Positions 23,545 through 36,690 of a DNA stretch of 64,000 nt are shown one piece after another. A program made the translations under genes and the position numbers. This DNA is from Eledone cirrhosa (Eukaryota), in NCBI GenBank assembly GCA_964016885.1, contig OZ024762.1, positions 5,766,001 to 5,830,000 of the forward strand, written 5' to 3'. The notes below the pieces were generated by a model that saw nothing but the letters and a program-made list of their open reading frames with translations, searched no databases and had not been told where the DNA came from. Every line of letters begins with the position of its first letter. Position 1 is the first letter of the stretch.

Positions 23545-24950
23545 CTGAAGAAACTGGTGGTTGGAGAGAAAGTGACCTGGTGGTGGAACAGCATGGTAGA
23601 TAGGGCCATTAGAGACAAAAGACTAGCATGGAATGCTTGGAAAAATGGTGGGAGTAGAGAAGGATACACAGCCACTAAGAGAGAAGCTAGACGTCAGGTG
23701 TACTTAGCATGCAGGGAGGCTGACAGTAGGAGGCTTGCCAATGTTCTGTGACGGGAAGATCAGAGATGTACGGTGTTCCACATTGCAAGGCAGTGTGTCA
23801 GTGTAAATCAGGATGTTGTTGGAGATAAGTGTGTCCGAAATGATGCTGGTGTACTTAGTGTCACTGATGATCAGAAAAAGGAGGCCTGGAAATGTCATTA
23901 TGAGAGACTGATGAATGTGAAGAACGAACGAGAGAGAGAGAAACTACTCCTTGTAGACCCGACAGAGGGACCAGCTTTTGAGATTGACAACTCTAGGGTC
24001 AAAGAAGCAATTAAGGAAATGAAAAATGGTAAGACCGTTGTGGATAGTTGCTGAGAAGCTGAAGGCATCTGGAGAAGTAGGAACTAAACTGGTTGTACGC
24101 ATCGTCAATCAAGCTATATATGGCGGTGTCATAGCCAAAGACTAATGCAGCAGTATTCTTATAAATTGCTACAAAGGTAAAGGGGCTGCTCTGGAGAGGA
24201 GCAATTATAGAGGCATAAAACTGATGGATCAGGTTAGAAAGGGTCAAATTATATGCAGTTTGGTTTTGTGCCTGGGAAAAATACAACAGATGCCCTCTTC
24301 TTAGTGAGACAACACTATAAAATGTACACAATGCAGATCTTGGGTACACAAGAGATGTAGTGGGATAGCAAGCAAACTAACAGGTAGGGAAAACTACATA
24401 TGCAGTAGATGTACATGGAAATTTGACAGTAGAAGTCGCAGTGACAGTCACATTTTTCAAATGCAGGTAAGATCTATAGAGTTGGTTGATAGCTTTCGAT
24501 ACGGAGATGATCAGATTAGCAAAGGTGAGGCATGGGCAGCAACTGTGGAGGATATGCGATGGCTGGAGTGAAATGAAGCAAGCATGCTCCATTGGATGTG
24601 CAATGTCAATGTGCGTGAACGACCAAGCATAGATGTGTTGAGAGAGAAACTGGGTATAAGAGGGATAAGTTGTAGTGTGTGGGAGAGAAGACTGCGATGG
24701 TATGGACATGTGATGCACATGGAGGATGACCACTGGGTAAAGAAGTGCCAAGAAATCCCAGTAGAAGGAAGACGCAGTAGAGGAAGACCACGAAAAACAT
24801 GGGTGGAAGTGGTGAGAGCTGATCTCAGATCGCTGAAGCTCACAGAGGAGATGACGAAGGCCTGTAATGAATGGAGAGATGCTGTGCTGAATAGGACCTG
24901 CCCCACGCTTGCAAGCAGGGAAAAGCGGACATAAAATGATATTGATGATG
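23545..24950 (+). mobile_element. Internally deleted RTE LINE (linker, partial RT, 3' end with (GAT)n)
   Basis: TWWWNSMVDRAIRDKRLAWNAWK; KEAWKCHYERLMNV; NYRGIKLMDQ; QFGFVPGK.TTDALF; RLRWYGHVMHMED...RGRPRKTW. Stops and frameshifts present. Confidence 0.87.
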
Positions 24951-25139
24951 GGGTTTAGTAATTTAACGTTCTCATTATTAAAATGCTCACTTAGTACTTT
25001 TATATGGTAACTTCCTCATTATAAAGTTGGTGTATGGAAAACTTAGCATAGGGTTTTACATTGATTTATAATGTAAGGTTTTTAGATAGATACAAATACT
25101 TTAAAATAAAAAATTTTGCATCATAGAACCAAGCTCCAA

Positions 25140-25490
25140 TACCAGGTCATGAAAGTAAAGGAAAGAGTTATAGCACAGTTGATTAGGGACTGGGTAAAAC
25201 TAGATGAGATGCAATTTGTGTTTGTGCCAGGAAAAGCACCACCGATGCCCTCTTCCTTGTGAGGCAGTTACAGGAAAAGTACCTAGCTAAAAGTAAGCCG
25301 CTCTACCTCATTTGTCAATCTGGAAAACGCCTTCAACAGAGTGCCCCATGCTATAATCTGGTGTGCTCTTAGAAAACTAGGAGTAGATGAAGCTGACCTT
25401 ACCCAATTGCACCTCTCAAAGGTGATGACACAGGACCGTGACCTCTGGCGTCACGCAGAAATACAGAAGACCCAACTTCCCATGGGTACA
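25140..25490 (+). mobile_element. RTE RT fragment
   Basis: DEMQFVFVPGKSTTDALFLVRQLQEKYLAKSKPLY..FVNLENAFNRVP is visible by manual translation. Confidence 0.75.
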
Positions 25491-25686
25491 AGTCGAAGCT
25501 GAAGTATATAGACAATATGTCCCCCCCCCTACACACACACTATAGGGATTGAAGGATATGTCGAATAACCAATCTCTTGTGTTTTATCTGATGAAAGTGT
25601 ACTAAAAAAACCACTGTACCCTTGATATATATATAATAAAATATATACTTTGGCTATGAAAGTATTTCTCATTTATTAATATTTTG

Positions 25687-25734
<48 letters not shown>

Positions 25735-25857
25735 TACATTCAAAGTTATAGATGTCATGTTTGAGATAATCTCAAAATAAGCTCAAAGAAAAATTCAAAG
25801 AATAAATCCAACCATTTAATCATTACAAAATAGTGAATGACATATATACATACTTAT

Positions 25858-26225
25858 AATGGAGATACATGGCTTAGTGGTTAGAGCATTGGCCTTGCAA
25901 TCGAAAGGTTGTGAGTTCAATTCTCAGACCAGGTGATGTGTTGTTTCCTTGAGCAAGACACTTTATTTCACATTGCTCCAGTTTACTCAGCTGTAGAAAT
26001 GAGATGATAGGACTGGGGTCCCTATCATTCCACTGTAAAGTGGTCGTGAAGGTGCCACGGCAAAAAAGCACCCAGCACTCACTGTAAAGTGGACATGTAG
26101 ATGCCACGGAAAAAACAGCACCCAGCACTCACTGTAAATGAGGTTGGTGTTAGGAAGGGCATCCAGCTGTAGAAATCAAGCCAGGGAAAAGCGGACATAA
26201 AATGATGATGATGATGCTGATGATG
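25858..26225 (+). mobile_element. SINE family B copy
   Basis: Near-identical head and core to 5114-5465; (GAT)n tail. Confidence 0.82.
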
Positions 26226-26491
26226 ATATATCTAATGATATAAATGTACAATAGAACATATGAAACTTTAACAGGAGACAATCTGTATAGAATGTAAGAA
26301 CACATAGTTCATTACAGTATCATATTAAAATTTAACAAAAATTTAAAATATAGATACCTGATAAAAATTATATATTTTTCATGCTTGCATAGGTTAGATG
26401 GGTCGTTCGTGTCGAGAGACAAGTCTGACCAGAATTGGCCATGCCATACCTTGCTACGATGGGACTGTAAACCAGGCCGTGGTTTTTATAA

Positions 26492-26527
<36 letters not shown>

Positions 26528-26653
26528 TCCAGCTGTAAAAACCTTGGCCAAATTTACAGTCTCGTCGTGGCCAGACTTGTCTCTCAATGTGGATGACCCA
26601 TCTAACTCTTGAAAACATAGAAAATAGACGTTAAACGGTGATGATGATGAGGA

Positions 26654-26692
<39 letters not shown>

Positions 26693-27667
26693 CACTCTAC
26701 TACCCTAAGTATTGAGTACTCTGGTGCGTTATGGTCCATCTGGTTCCTTACCACACTTCCTTCGTTATCATTAGCTAGCAACGTAGAAATCAAAGCCTCC
26801 TTGAGTGAGTAATAGTGGTGGGTGAAGGGAGGTGGAGCAAGATGGTCCCCAACCCTAAATTGTGTCTTAAGCTTGGTTTCCACCCTGGTTCCAACCATGC
26901 CCCACCCTCTTAAATCTCCATCACATACGCCTGAAGTTTCCATTGCTGTCCCCATTAATTCTACAATTCCTTCACAGCTTAGAAACTTGTCAGGGCTGGT
27001 ATTGTGTGTTGTGTGTTAGTGTGTGTAAGTGTTAGTGTGTGTTGTGTGTTAGTGTGTGTGTGTGTAAGTGTTAGTGTGTGTTGTGTGTTAGTGTGTGTGT
27101 GTGTGTATGTGTTAGTATCTGTTGTGTGTTAGTGTGTGTATGTGTGTCAGAGTGAGATTAACAAATAAATAAACAAATCCAATAAAAATTAATTATCAAT
27201 TAATTAATTATTATTAATATAAATATTATTACTAATAATAATCATTTCACCCCACCCTTTCTGTCTAACTAGAATTAACATAGTAATATCGTCATGGTGA
27301 CACAATAGGTCACATCACTTGATGTGTGTGTGTGTGGGGGGGGGGGGGGGGGGGAGAGACAAAATCTCAGAAATTAGAGAATGAAGTCCAGATCTCTTGT
27401 AACTTCTTTAACTGGTCTTCAAACAATTGACTGTGGCCACGCTGGAGCACTTACCACCTTGGGAAGACTGAAAGATGAGGGGCTCATATGGAACATGGAC
27501 CTATGGGGATTCATTTGTGTTATTAACATTACATTTCGCAGGGATTAAGAAAAAAATACAATTACTTTTATGCATGATGATGAGATGTAGTATTCATGCC
27601 TTTCCCACCCACCCCACCAAAAGAATGGAGTAGTAGTATCTGACAAATATATACCCCCAATAATAAT

Positions 27668-28200
27668 AACTGTTTCTATTTTTGGCACAAGGCCAGGAAT
27701 TACCCAGTACATTACTGGTACTTTATTTTATCGACCCCGTAAGGATGAAAGGCAAAGTTAACCTCGGCAGGATTTGAACTCAGATCATAAAGGGACGTAA
27801 CTCTATGCTGCAAAGCATGGTGTCCGACCCTCTACCGATACTGCCAATCCACCGCCCTTTATATGCCCTTATAATAATGGTTTCTGATTTAGGCACAAGG
27901 CCAACAATTTTTGTGGAGAGGAAAGTCAATCAAATTGACCCTTGTATGTAACTGGTACTTTATTTTTTTGACCATGTAAGGATGAAAAGCAAAGCTAACC
28001 TCAACAGGGTTTGAACTTAGTTCGTAAAGGTTGTAACACGATGGCACAAAGCATGTGTGACACTATCAATTCTACAAATCAATCAACTATTGCTTCTACT
28101 TTTGGTTCAAAGCCAGCAATTTTTTCCATGATAGGGAAAGGTGGTTATATTGATCCCAGTACATGACTGGTATTCTATTTTACCAAATCTTCAGCAAATC
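27668..28200 (-). mobile_element. Three consecutive SINE family A copies of decreasing identity
   Basis: Family-A tail and centre repeat at about 27670, 27880 and 28090. Confidence 0.75.
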
Positions 28201-29348
28201 TAATCCCAACTTGTTTGTTATGTTGTGTTGTGTTGTGCCTGTGTGTTGTGTTGTGTCTAATGTGTGTTGTGTTGTGTCTAATGTGTATTGTGTTGTGTCT
28301 AATGTGTATTGTGTTGTGTCTAATGTGTATTGTGTTGTCTAATGTGTATTGTGTTGTCTAATGTGTGTTGTGTTGTCTAATGTGTGTTGTGTTGTGTCTA
28401 ATGTGTATTGTGTTGTCTGTGTGTTGTGTCTAATGTGTGCGGTGTTGTGTTCTGTTGTCTAATGTGTGTTGTGTCTAATGTCTAATGTATGTTGTGTTCT
28501 GTTGTCTAATGTGTGCTGTGCTGTGTTGTGTTATATTATTATTATCATTATTGTTGTTATAATTATTTCAATAAACCTGTTTACATGCAAAACACAACAC
28601 AACACACAAACAACTCAGTGTTTTGTCTTGTGCCATCCTTAATGTTTCTTTTATATAAATCCTGTGTTTAATAAAGATCATTATCACCATCATCATCATC
28701 ATTCTTCTTAAAGAATGGTAGATTGTCAGAGTTGTTAGAATACAGTATTGTGTATTGGTTCTCTATGATCCAAGTTCAAATCCAGCTAGTGGTTAACTTT
28801 GTTTTTCATCCTTCCAGGATCAATAAAACAAACAGTACCAGTGAAATACTAGGGTCGATTTAAATAAACTTCCCTCTCTTCATGCCCTAATAGCTGACCC
28901 CATGCCTATGATGATAATAATTGTTTCTACTTTTGACACAAGGCCAACAATTTAGGGAAGAAGCAAGTTAATTATATCCAGCCCAGCATTTAACTTCCCC
29001 TAAATTGCTGGCCTTGTGCCAATGTTGGAAAGAATTATCATAAATAAATATTATTATTAATGTTACACAACACAGTTGTTTGCTACCTAAGGTTACCCTT
29101 TCATTGGTCAAGGAGACATGGCCCATGCTAGTTGTCGCTTATCATTTAGGCAAGACAATAACTTTATATGAGATCTTGTGTTTTCATGACCTTAGATAGC
29201 AAACGACTGTGTTATTTAACCTTATTAATAATATTTTAGCTCTGTACATAGCATAGAGCACTCTTTTTTTTCCTTTATCTATTCTACAGAAACCCTTGAG
29301 TACGACATAAATAAATATTATTAAGCAGCATTATTAAAAATGGATCAA

Positions 29349-29540
29349 GGGGCGGTGAATTGGCAGTATCGGTAGCGGGTCGGACGCCATGCTTTGACGC
29401 ATAGAGTTACGGCCCTTGCCATTATGAGTTCAAATCCGCCGAGGTTAACTTTGCCTTTCATCCTTACGGGGTCGATAAAATAAAGTACCAGTAATGTACT
29501 GGGTAATTGCTGGCCTTGTGCCAAAAGTAGAAACAATTAT
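29349..29540 (+). mobile_element. tRNA-derived SINE family A, full length with 18-bp target-site duplication
   Basis: Head GGGCGGTG..TTGGCAGTATCGGTAG, box B GAGTTCAAATCC, centre GCCTTTCATCCTTACGGGGTCGATAAAATAAAGTACCAGT, tail TTGTGCCAAAAGTAGAAACAATTATT. ATTATTAAAAATGGATCA occurs at 29330-29347 and 29536-29553. Confidence 0.88.
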
Positions 29541-29793
29541 TAAAAATGGATCAGAAATTGTTATTTTTGTTATACAGTATGCCCTTGTGGCCAATACATG
29601 AAATCATTATTGTTATACAGTAAATAAATATGGCAAATAAATATAATTGGCAATTCTAGGTTCCATGGGGAGGTGGTGGGAGTGATTTTAAAAAAATAAA
29701 ATTTGTAAAAATGGATGTTAAAGATATCTTTAGTAAAACTTTTTTTATTGTTGTCACTGTTGTTTTTGTTATTTTTGTACTTCATACATATTA

Positions 29794-29833
<40 letters not shown>

Positions 29834-29954
29834 AAAATGTTTCACCCCAATGGCCGTTGGGGTCAAACATTTTCCTATTACCCACTCTACTACCCTAAGT
29901 ATTGAGTACTCTGGTGCATTATGGTCCATCTGGTTCTTTACCACTCTTCCCTTG

Positions 29955-29985
<31 letters not shown>

Positions 29986-30022
29986 TCTATATATACACAC
30001 ACATATATATATGCACGTACAC

Positions 30023-30053
<31 letters not shown>

Positions 30054-30353
30054 TATATATACATGCATACACGTATATATATACATACATACACGTATAT
30101 ATGTACATACATACACGTATATATATATATACATACATACACGTATATATATACATACATACATACACACACACATGTGTATGTGATCTGAACTTACCAT
30201 AACTGCACTAATTGCAGCTAAAGCCTAACTTATCACCAAATTTCTAACCACAGTGGCTTAGGGTACGGGTGTTGATGTAAATTCTAGACCAATGCATGCT
30301 GGGTATTAGAAAAAAATTAAATAAACAATGAACTAAAAAATATATTATATTTA

Positions 30354-30384
<31 letters not shown>

Positions 30385-31229
30385 CACTTATACAAATATC
30401 AATGCATATAGACAGTGTGTGTATTGTGTTGTGTGTTTTGAAGTTCTGGTGGTTCCCACAGGTGTTCAAGCTGTTTGAAGAATGGGACAACCATCTTTGA
30501 GTGAAATTAACATGCAAGTAAGTGGCTGAGCTTTTCACAGACACGTGTACCTCCTTAACATATAAATCTCAGGGAGATTCAACATGACACAATGTGTGAC
30601 ATGACTGGCTCTTTTAAATAATTACAGGTACAACTCACCGTTACCAGCTGAGTAGAATGGAACAACATGAAGTGCCTTGCTCAAGGACACAATGTACTGC
30701 AAAGAGTTGTTCATGGCCTTTTGGTCAAAAGCCATCCACTCTAACCACTAACTAAGCCATGCATATAGACACACATACACATCCCTTCTTTTTTGGCCCT
30801 TTTTCGCTCATTTAACATTAATTTGGTGGTGGGGTGGGGGGGAGTTGATTACATCAACCCCAGTAATTAACTGGTACTGTAATTTACCCTCCTCCCCGCC
30901 CTGAAAGGATGAAAGGCAGACATGACCTTGGGGAGATTAGAACTCAGAACACAGACAGCCATAAGAATAACAGTACAGTATTGTATGTGACACTCTAACT
31001 TAGCCATTCCACAGTCCTTTTAGATGCTAAGAAGGATTTCTAGTTTGGGGATGGTAGTGGTAGGAGTTGGTTATATTGACCCCCACTACTGGAGAAGGAT
31101 CAAGGGAAAAGTTGAACTTGGCAGGATTTAAACTCAGAATATAAGGAAGTAGGCCTTTTTTTTCTGATGCTCTACCGATTCTGCCCAATAATAATAACAA
31201 TAACAACAACAACAATAACAATAATAATT

Positions 31230-31365
31230 CTGGAACACTTCAAAGGGCATGCTTGCTGGGAACAGCAAGAACCCTCCGATAACATCCAGGCTACAGGTAG
31301 TGGTTTGATGTTCATTTGAACAAACTTTCCAGTTAAATAACATCAATGACTGAGACTCCAAGAAA
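31230..31365 (+). mobile_element. 3' terminus of an R4/Dong-like non-LTR retrotransposon inside an (AAT/AAC)n tract
   Basis: CTT CAA AGG GCA TGC TTG CTG GGA ACA GCA AGA ACC CTC CGA TAA = LQRACLLGTARTLR*, flanked by TAA-type repeats. Confidence 0.65.
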
Positions 31366-32898
31366 AATAACAATAATATTAATAATGATGATTTCTTTAA
31401 CAAATAACAAAGTGGTGGTGGTGGTAGCAGTGGTAGTAGTATTATTAAGGGGTGGAGGTGGTAGTGGTGATGGTAGTATTAGTAGTAGTATTAGTGATGG
31501 TAGTAATAGTAGCAGCAAAATCTTCAATCAATCTCTTTCATGAATTTCAGTTTATTGCTTTGTTCTTGTCCCTTTGAGAGAGGGATGTGACTGGGGGTGG
31601 GGGTGGGGGGAAATAAGGTGAAGTAATCATCTAAATCTGCCCCAAATATATAACTGGTTCATTACCTCCCATCTCCTTCCATTGCTGAATGGGAAGAAAA
31701 GCAGAACTGACTTTGGCAAGATTTGAACTCAATGTAAATATATCAGTAAAAAAACAAAAGCTCTAAATATCACCACTAACACAACAGATTTCTAATTCAG
31801 GCTGTAGGTCAGCAAATTAACCTCAGTATGTGACTGGTACTTCATCAACCTCCCACCCCATTCCTCAGGAAGGCATAGTTGGCCTTGGTCAGATTTAAAC
31901 TCAGTATGTCGTAACTAAATACTGCAAAGCATTTTATTCAACACTCTACCGATTCTGTCAATCTATTGTTTCTAATTTAGGCAGAAGGCCAGCAAATTAA
32001 CCTCAGTGTGTGACTGGTACTTCATTTTATTGACCCCACTTCTACCCCCTGAAAGGATGAAAGGCAATGTTAACCTCAGCACACTATTTTATCTGTTGAC
32101 CTAACAACTCTGTTAATACAATGTTTCTAATTTGGACACAAGGCCAATAAATTTGGGGTAGAAGTGCAAAGTTGATTAAATCAACCTCAGTATACGACTG
32201 GTACTTTATTTCATTAACACCCCAGAAGGATGAAAGCCAAAAATTGGTCTTTGTGTTATTTAAACTCAAGACATAGAAAGTCATACCTGAACAGTGTAAA
32301 ACATTTTATTCAATGCTCCATCGATTCTGCTAACCCATCATGCTGATTTAGGCACAAGGCCAACAATTTTCAAGGGGTAAATCAACCCCAGTGTATTATT
32401 GGTACTGTATTTTATCGAACCGGTAAGGATGATAGGCAAAGCTAACCTCAACGGGATTTGAACTCAGAATGTAAAGGGTCGTAACTATATGTCATGAAGT
32501 ATGTTGTCTCATGCTCTACTGATACTGCCAATCCACTGCTTAATAATAATAATAATGATGATAATTTCTACTGCATGTTATAACACACACATACACACAC
32601 ACATATATATATATAAAACAAAAAAAAACAAAATAATTTCTATTTCATATATACATATATGTACATATATATACATATATATATATAAAAAAGTTTTCTT
32701 CTTCAATAATTGCTCCTGTTGTTGGTCACACCTCCCACCTCTTCCCTGGTTGTAGTGGTGTATGTTGGATTTAGTTTGGTCATGAATGACGGACATCAGC
32801 TCCGTGGTGTCGCTCATCCGATCAGTCACCCTCGGTTGGTCTGTCTCCCCTACCCCCTTCCCCACACACCTCATGCCAGAAAACACTGGATTTTATAA

Positions 32899-32934
32899 TC
32901 ATTTTTTGTCGTCTTTGTTTGCACCATTGCGGGT
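32899..32934 (-). CDS. EGF ligand last coding exon (TRNGANKDDKK*)
   Basis: Strong tcttctttttttcag acceptor, phase 0, TGA at 32899-32901, followed by unique UTR-like sequence. Total CDS is 519 nt. Confidence 0.65.
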   Translation of the reverse strand, partial: TRNGANKDDKK

Positions 32935-33129
32935 CTGAAAAAAAAGAAGATAAACAGATAAATAGACAGACAAGAGATGCAGGTAGACAGTAAGCCACGA
33001 ACATCTGGGCTGTATTAACCCATGGCTGGGGCTCTAAGCTTTTGTGTATTTTGGGCCCTCTTTCTAGCACTTTAAACCTTCACCTATTTAGAGCTAAAAA
33101 GAAATAACGTAACCCTAGCCCCTGTAGGG

Positions 33130-33857
33130 CAATAGGTCTTAAACACAGGGTCTGCAAACTACTTTTCTATGGTCTACAGCAAAACAATTTTCAGAACAAA
33201 ACATTTTTGCTATGAAATAATTTGGAGCATTGGTAAAATTGTTGGAATCTCAAACATGGAAATAGCTGTAAAACAGGCAGCTGCAAAGAGTCAGGTTGAA
33301 GAAAACCTCTTAATGAACAGAAGTGTTCTACCTGTTTTAATAATATTTATGACATAATTCATTTTAATTTACCCATAAAATACAATAAAATAGAAAAAAT
33401 AAAATAAGGAATTTATCAAAAGTGAAAAAAGGATAAAAGAGGAATCTATATAGGTAAAAACGGAATTAGGGAAAATTTGCAACAAAAATTTGTCCTTTTA
33501 TTACTACCATATATACTTGAATATAAGCTGATCTGAATATAAGTCGACCCCTCTATTTTATGTTTGAGAAATGGGCAAAAGTCCAAACCCCAGCTAATCA
33601 ATACATTGTTTAGATGGAATATATAAGCCACCCACAACCATTTTGCCATCGTTTTTTTTTAGTCACATATTCCTCGCCTTATATTCAAGTATATATGGTA
33701 AATCACATATCCCACTTATCAGCCTATCAGTTGTATTGCAGATTAGTTTTAAACTGGTGGAAATCACTCCCCACACCCCCTCATCTCACTTCTGGCCTGC
33801 TGTCTCTTCCTCAGGATCTTATGGCCCTTTTCAGTCCCTTTGAGTTTGAGACCCCTG
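33130..33857. mobile_element. hAT-type non-autonomous element
   Basis: Perfect 8-bp TSD CTGTAGGG (33122-33129 and 33858-33865); right TIR GAGTTTGAGACCCCTG; left TIR degenerate. Confidence 0.65.
33507..33698. mobile_element. Tc1/pogo-type MITE nested in the hAT element
   Basis: Perfect 21-bp TIRs CCATATATACTTGAATATAAG / CTTATATTCAAGTATATATGG, flanked by TA. Confidence 0.8.
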
Positions 33858-33894
33858 CTGTAGGGTCATGAGCCTCTGTGAGGCCCCTTAGACA

Positions 33895-34235
33895 CTAGCC
33901 TAGTTATCGAAGACCCCCTTTCAGTCACAAATGACCATGTGATTTGCACCAAGAGAGTTCCCCACCGAGGCACAAGTCCAGGCAAAGTTGTTTGAGGAAG
34001 ACCAGCAGTCGCCCATGCATACCAGCCTCCCCTCTCCACGCCACCGATTATGTCCAAGGGAAAGGCTATGACTGACACAGCTTGGCACCAGTGACATTGG
34101 AACTCATTTCTACAGCTAAGTAAACTGGAGCAACGTGAAATAAATAGTCTTGCTCAAGGACACAATGCATCACCCTGTCCAAGAATCGAACTCACAACCT
34201 TTTGATTGCAAGCTCAATGCTCTAACCCCTAAGCC
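33895..34235 (-). mobile_element. tRNA/CORE-like SINE related to family B with a different body
   Basis: Shares the head and core (CTTGCTCAAGGA, CTCATTTCTACAGCT, GAACTCACAACC) but has a different 3' region. Confidence 0.65.
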
Positions 34236-34974
34236 TAGTTAGTCTTATGATAAATATGACATTGACTAATATCTAGTATAACACCAGTCCAGTATCATAT
34301 GCCACCTAGCCAAAAATATTGGGTGGCAAATTGGCAGATTTGTTAGAATGCTTTGCAGTATTTGTTTTGGTTCTCTACTCTCCGAGTTCAAATCCACCCG
34401 AGGTCAACTTTGCCTTTTATCTATTCAAGATCAATAAAAAAAAAAAGTACCAGTCCACTACTGGGGTTGATTCTTCCTCCATATCTCTTTCTCACTTCCA
34501 TTCTCTCTCAATCTCTCTCTATTCTTCTCTGGAAGAAATTTGCTGTATTTAAACCTCAAGAGGAGATGGGCTCCACCAGGTTTTTAAATCATGCTCGAGA
34601 AATGCTGTATGTCAATACAATGGCTCTAGAACTCTCTCAGGAGTTATGGTACTATGCATACATCCAGAAATATAAGATATCTGGTGGCCATCATGTGTGT
34701 GAGGCCCCTTAGACACCAGTCTAGTCAGTCTGATGATTTGACATTGACTAATATCTAATATCTATCACTCCAGTTATTATGTGGCCCTAGTGTTAAGTGT
34801 GTTGGATTATGATCATAATGCTACTGGGTTGTGTGTTGTGTTCTTCAGCAAAATACATATTTTCACGTTGCTCCAATATACTCAACTGAGTACCAGCAGT
34901 AGCTGGAGGTTTAACCGTGTGATGGACTAGCATCCTGACCAGTTATGAGTCATCTATCTAGAAATATCAGACAT

Positions 34975-35332
34975 CTGGTGGTAGAGAATGACTCCCCTCC
35001 TATTGAGATGGGAATCCCCTCTTCTGAAGCCCTCCCTCCTGGCTCAGAAGCACCATGGGTCCAGTGGAAGATACTCAACCACCTGAGAACAGGAATGGGG
35101 TGATCAAAAGCTGCTATGGCCAGATGGGGCTACAAGACCGGGGCCCAACCATCTGTGAATGCAGAGAAGAGGAGGACCATACGATGCAGCACTGCCTTGT
35201 TTGCCCTCTACCACCCAACCAGTGCAGCTTAAAAGATCTCACAGAATTTAATAATAATGCAAAGGACTGTGTAAAGAAATGGGGGAACTGTCATATAACC
35301 ACATGCTTCGAAAATACAAAAAGAAGAAGAAT
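34975..35332 (+). mobile_element. Non-LTR retrotransposon 3' end with C-terminal zinc knuckle (I/Ingi-group-like), (GAA)n tail
   Basis: WKILNHLRTG.G....MARWG then TICECREEEDHTMQHCLVCP...CSLKDL. Confidence 0.6.
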
Positions 35333-35440
35333 CCCAACTTATGCTACAGAGGGATATGCAAAGCATATTTCATTTCTAAAGGTAAGGTTAGCAGCAACAG
35401 CAAAACAGTTTTAATGTATTTAGAGTTATCTAAAAGCCTT

Positions 35441-35902
35441 CCGTCATCATTTTATGTGAGAACTTGTGTTAAGTTATGTTCCAAAATAAATAGAGGGAAA
35501 GTTAGTTGTATTATTAAACACGTTCAAATTCTTGATTGTCTTCAAATTTATTTGAAAATCATGTGTGTTAGTCTTTCATTAGAAATTTTGAAACAAAAGG
35601 GTTAAATTTTCCATCATAATTTTATGTAAGCACTTTTGTTAAGTTATGTTCCAAACACCAGGTTAATAATGAGAAAGTTGTATTAGTAAAACCTTTTAAA
35701 TTCTTTAATATTTTAAAAGTTATTTGAAAATCATAGGCGACAGAGTCTTTCATTAGAAATATGGTAAGGAAAGGGTTAAATTTTCCATCATAATTTTATG
35801 TAAACACCTTTGTTAAGTTATGTTCCAAAGACCAACTTAATGAAAAAGTTAGTTGTATTAGTAAATCCTTTTCATTAGAAATATGGTTAGGAAAGGGTTA
35901 AA
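35441..35902. repeat. Three tandem copies of a MITE end terminating in AAAGGGTTAA (piggyBac-like terminus)
   Basis: TTTGTTAAGTTATGTTCCAAA...TTCATTAGAAAT...AAAGGGTTAA occurs three times; a related dispersed copy is at about 48355-48525. Confidence 0.6.
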
Positions 35903-35984
35903 AAAATGCTAAAACTTACAAGAAACACATTCTGAAATAAACAAACACATAGTAGTATTTAGTTGAATAAGAAGGGAGGAGGGG

Positions 35985-36515
35985 ATCTACTGGTGTGGTG
36001 GGGGTAGTGGTTGAGGGCTAATAGTGTGGTGGTGGTGGTGGTGGAGGGCTACTACTGTGGTGGTGGTGGTGGTGGTGGTGGTTGAAGGCTACTAGTGTGG
36101 TGGTGGTGATGATGGTGGTGGTTGAGGGCTACTGGTGTTGTCGTGGTGGTAGTGGTTGAGGGTTACTAGTGTTGTTGTGGTGGTGGTGGTGGTAGTGGTT
36201 GAGGGCTACTAGTGTTGTGGTGGTGGTAGTGGTTGAGGGTTACTAGTGTTGTTGTGGTGGTGGTGGTGGTGGTGGTGGTAGTGGTTGAGGGCTACTAGTG
36301 TTGTGGTGGTGGTAGTGGTTGAGGGTTACTAGTGTAGTGGTGGTGGTGGTGGTGGTAGTGGTTGAGGGCTACTAGTGTTGTGGTGGTGGTGGTGGTAGTG
36401 GTTGAGGGCTACTAGTGTTGTGGTGGTGGTGGTGGTAGTGGTTGAGGGCTACTAGTGTTGTGGTGGTGGTGGTGGTGGTAGTTGAGGGTTACTAGTGTGG
36501 TGGTGGTGGTGGTGA
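35985..36515 (+). repeat. (GGT)n-based compound minisatellite
   Basis: GAGGGCTACTAGTGTTG(TGG)nTAGTGGTT units. Confidence 0.88.
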
Positions 36516-36632
36516 TAGTTTATTATTATTGTTGTTTGTTCTAACTATAAAACACCACCAGAATATAAACATACCAATCTACTAATCTACTAATATGACA
36601 CTAATAAATGTGAAGACTAAAATCCAAAGAGG

Positions 36633-36690
<58 letters not shown>

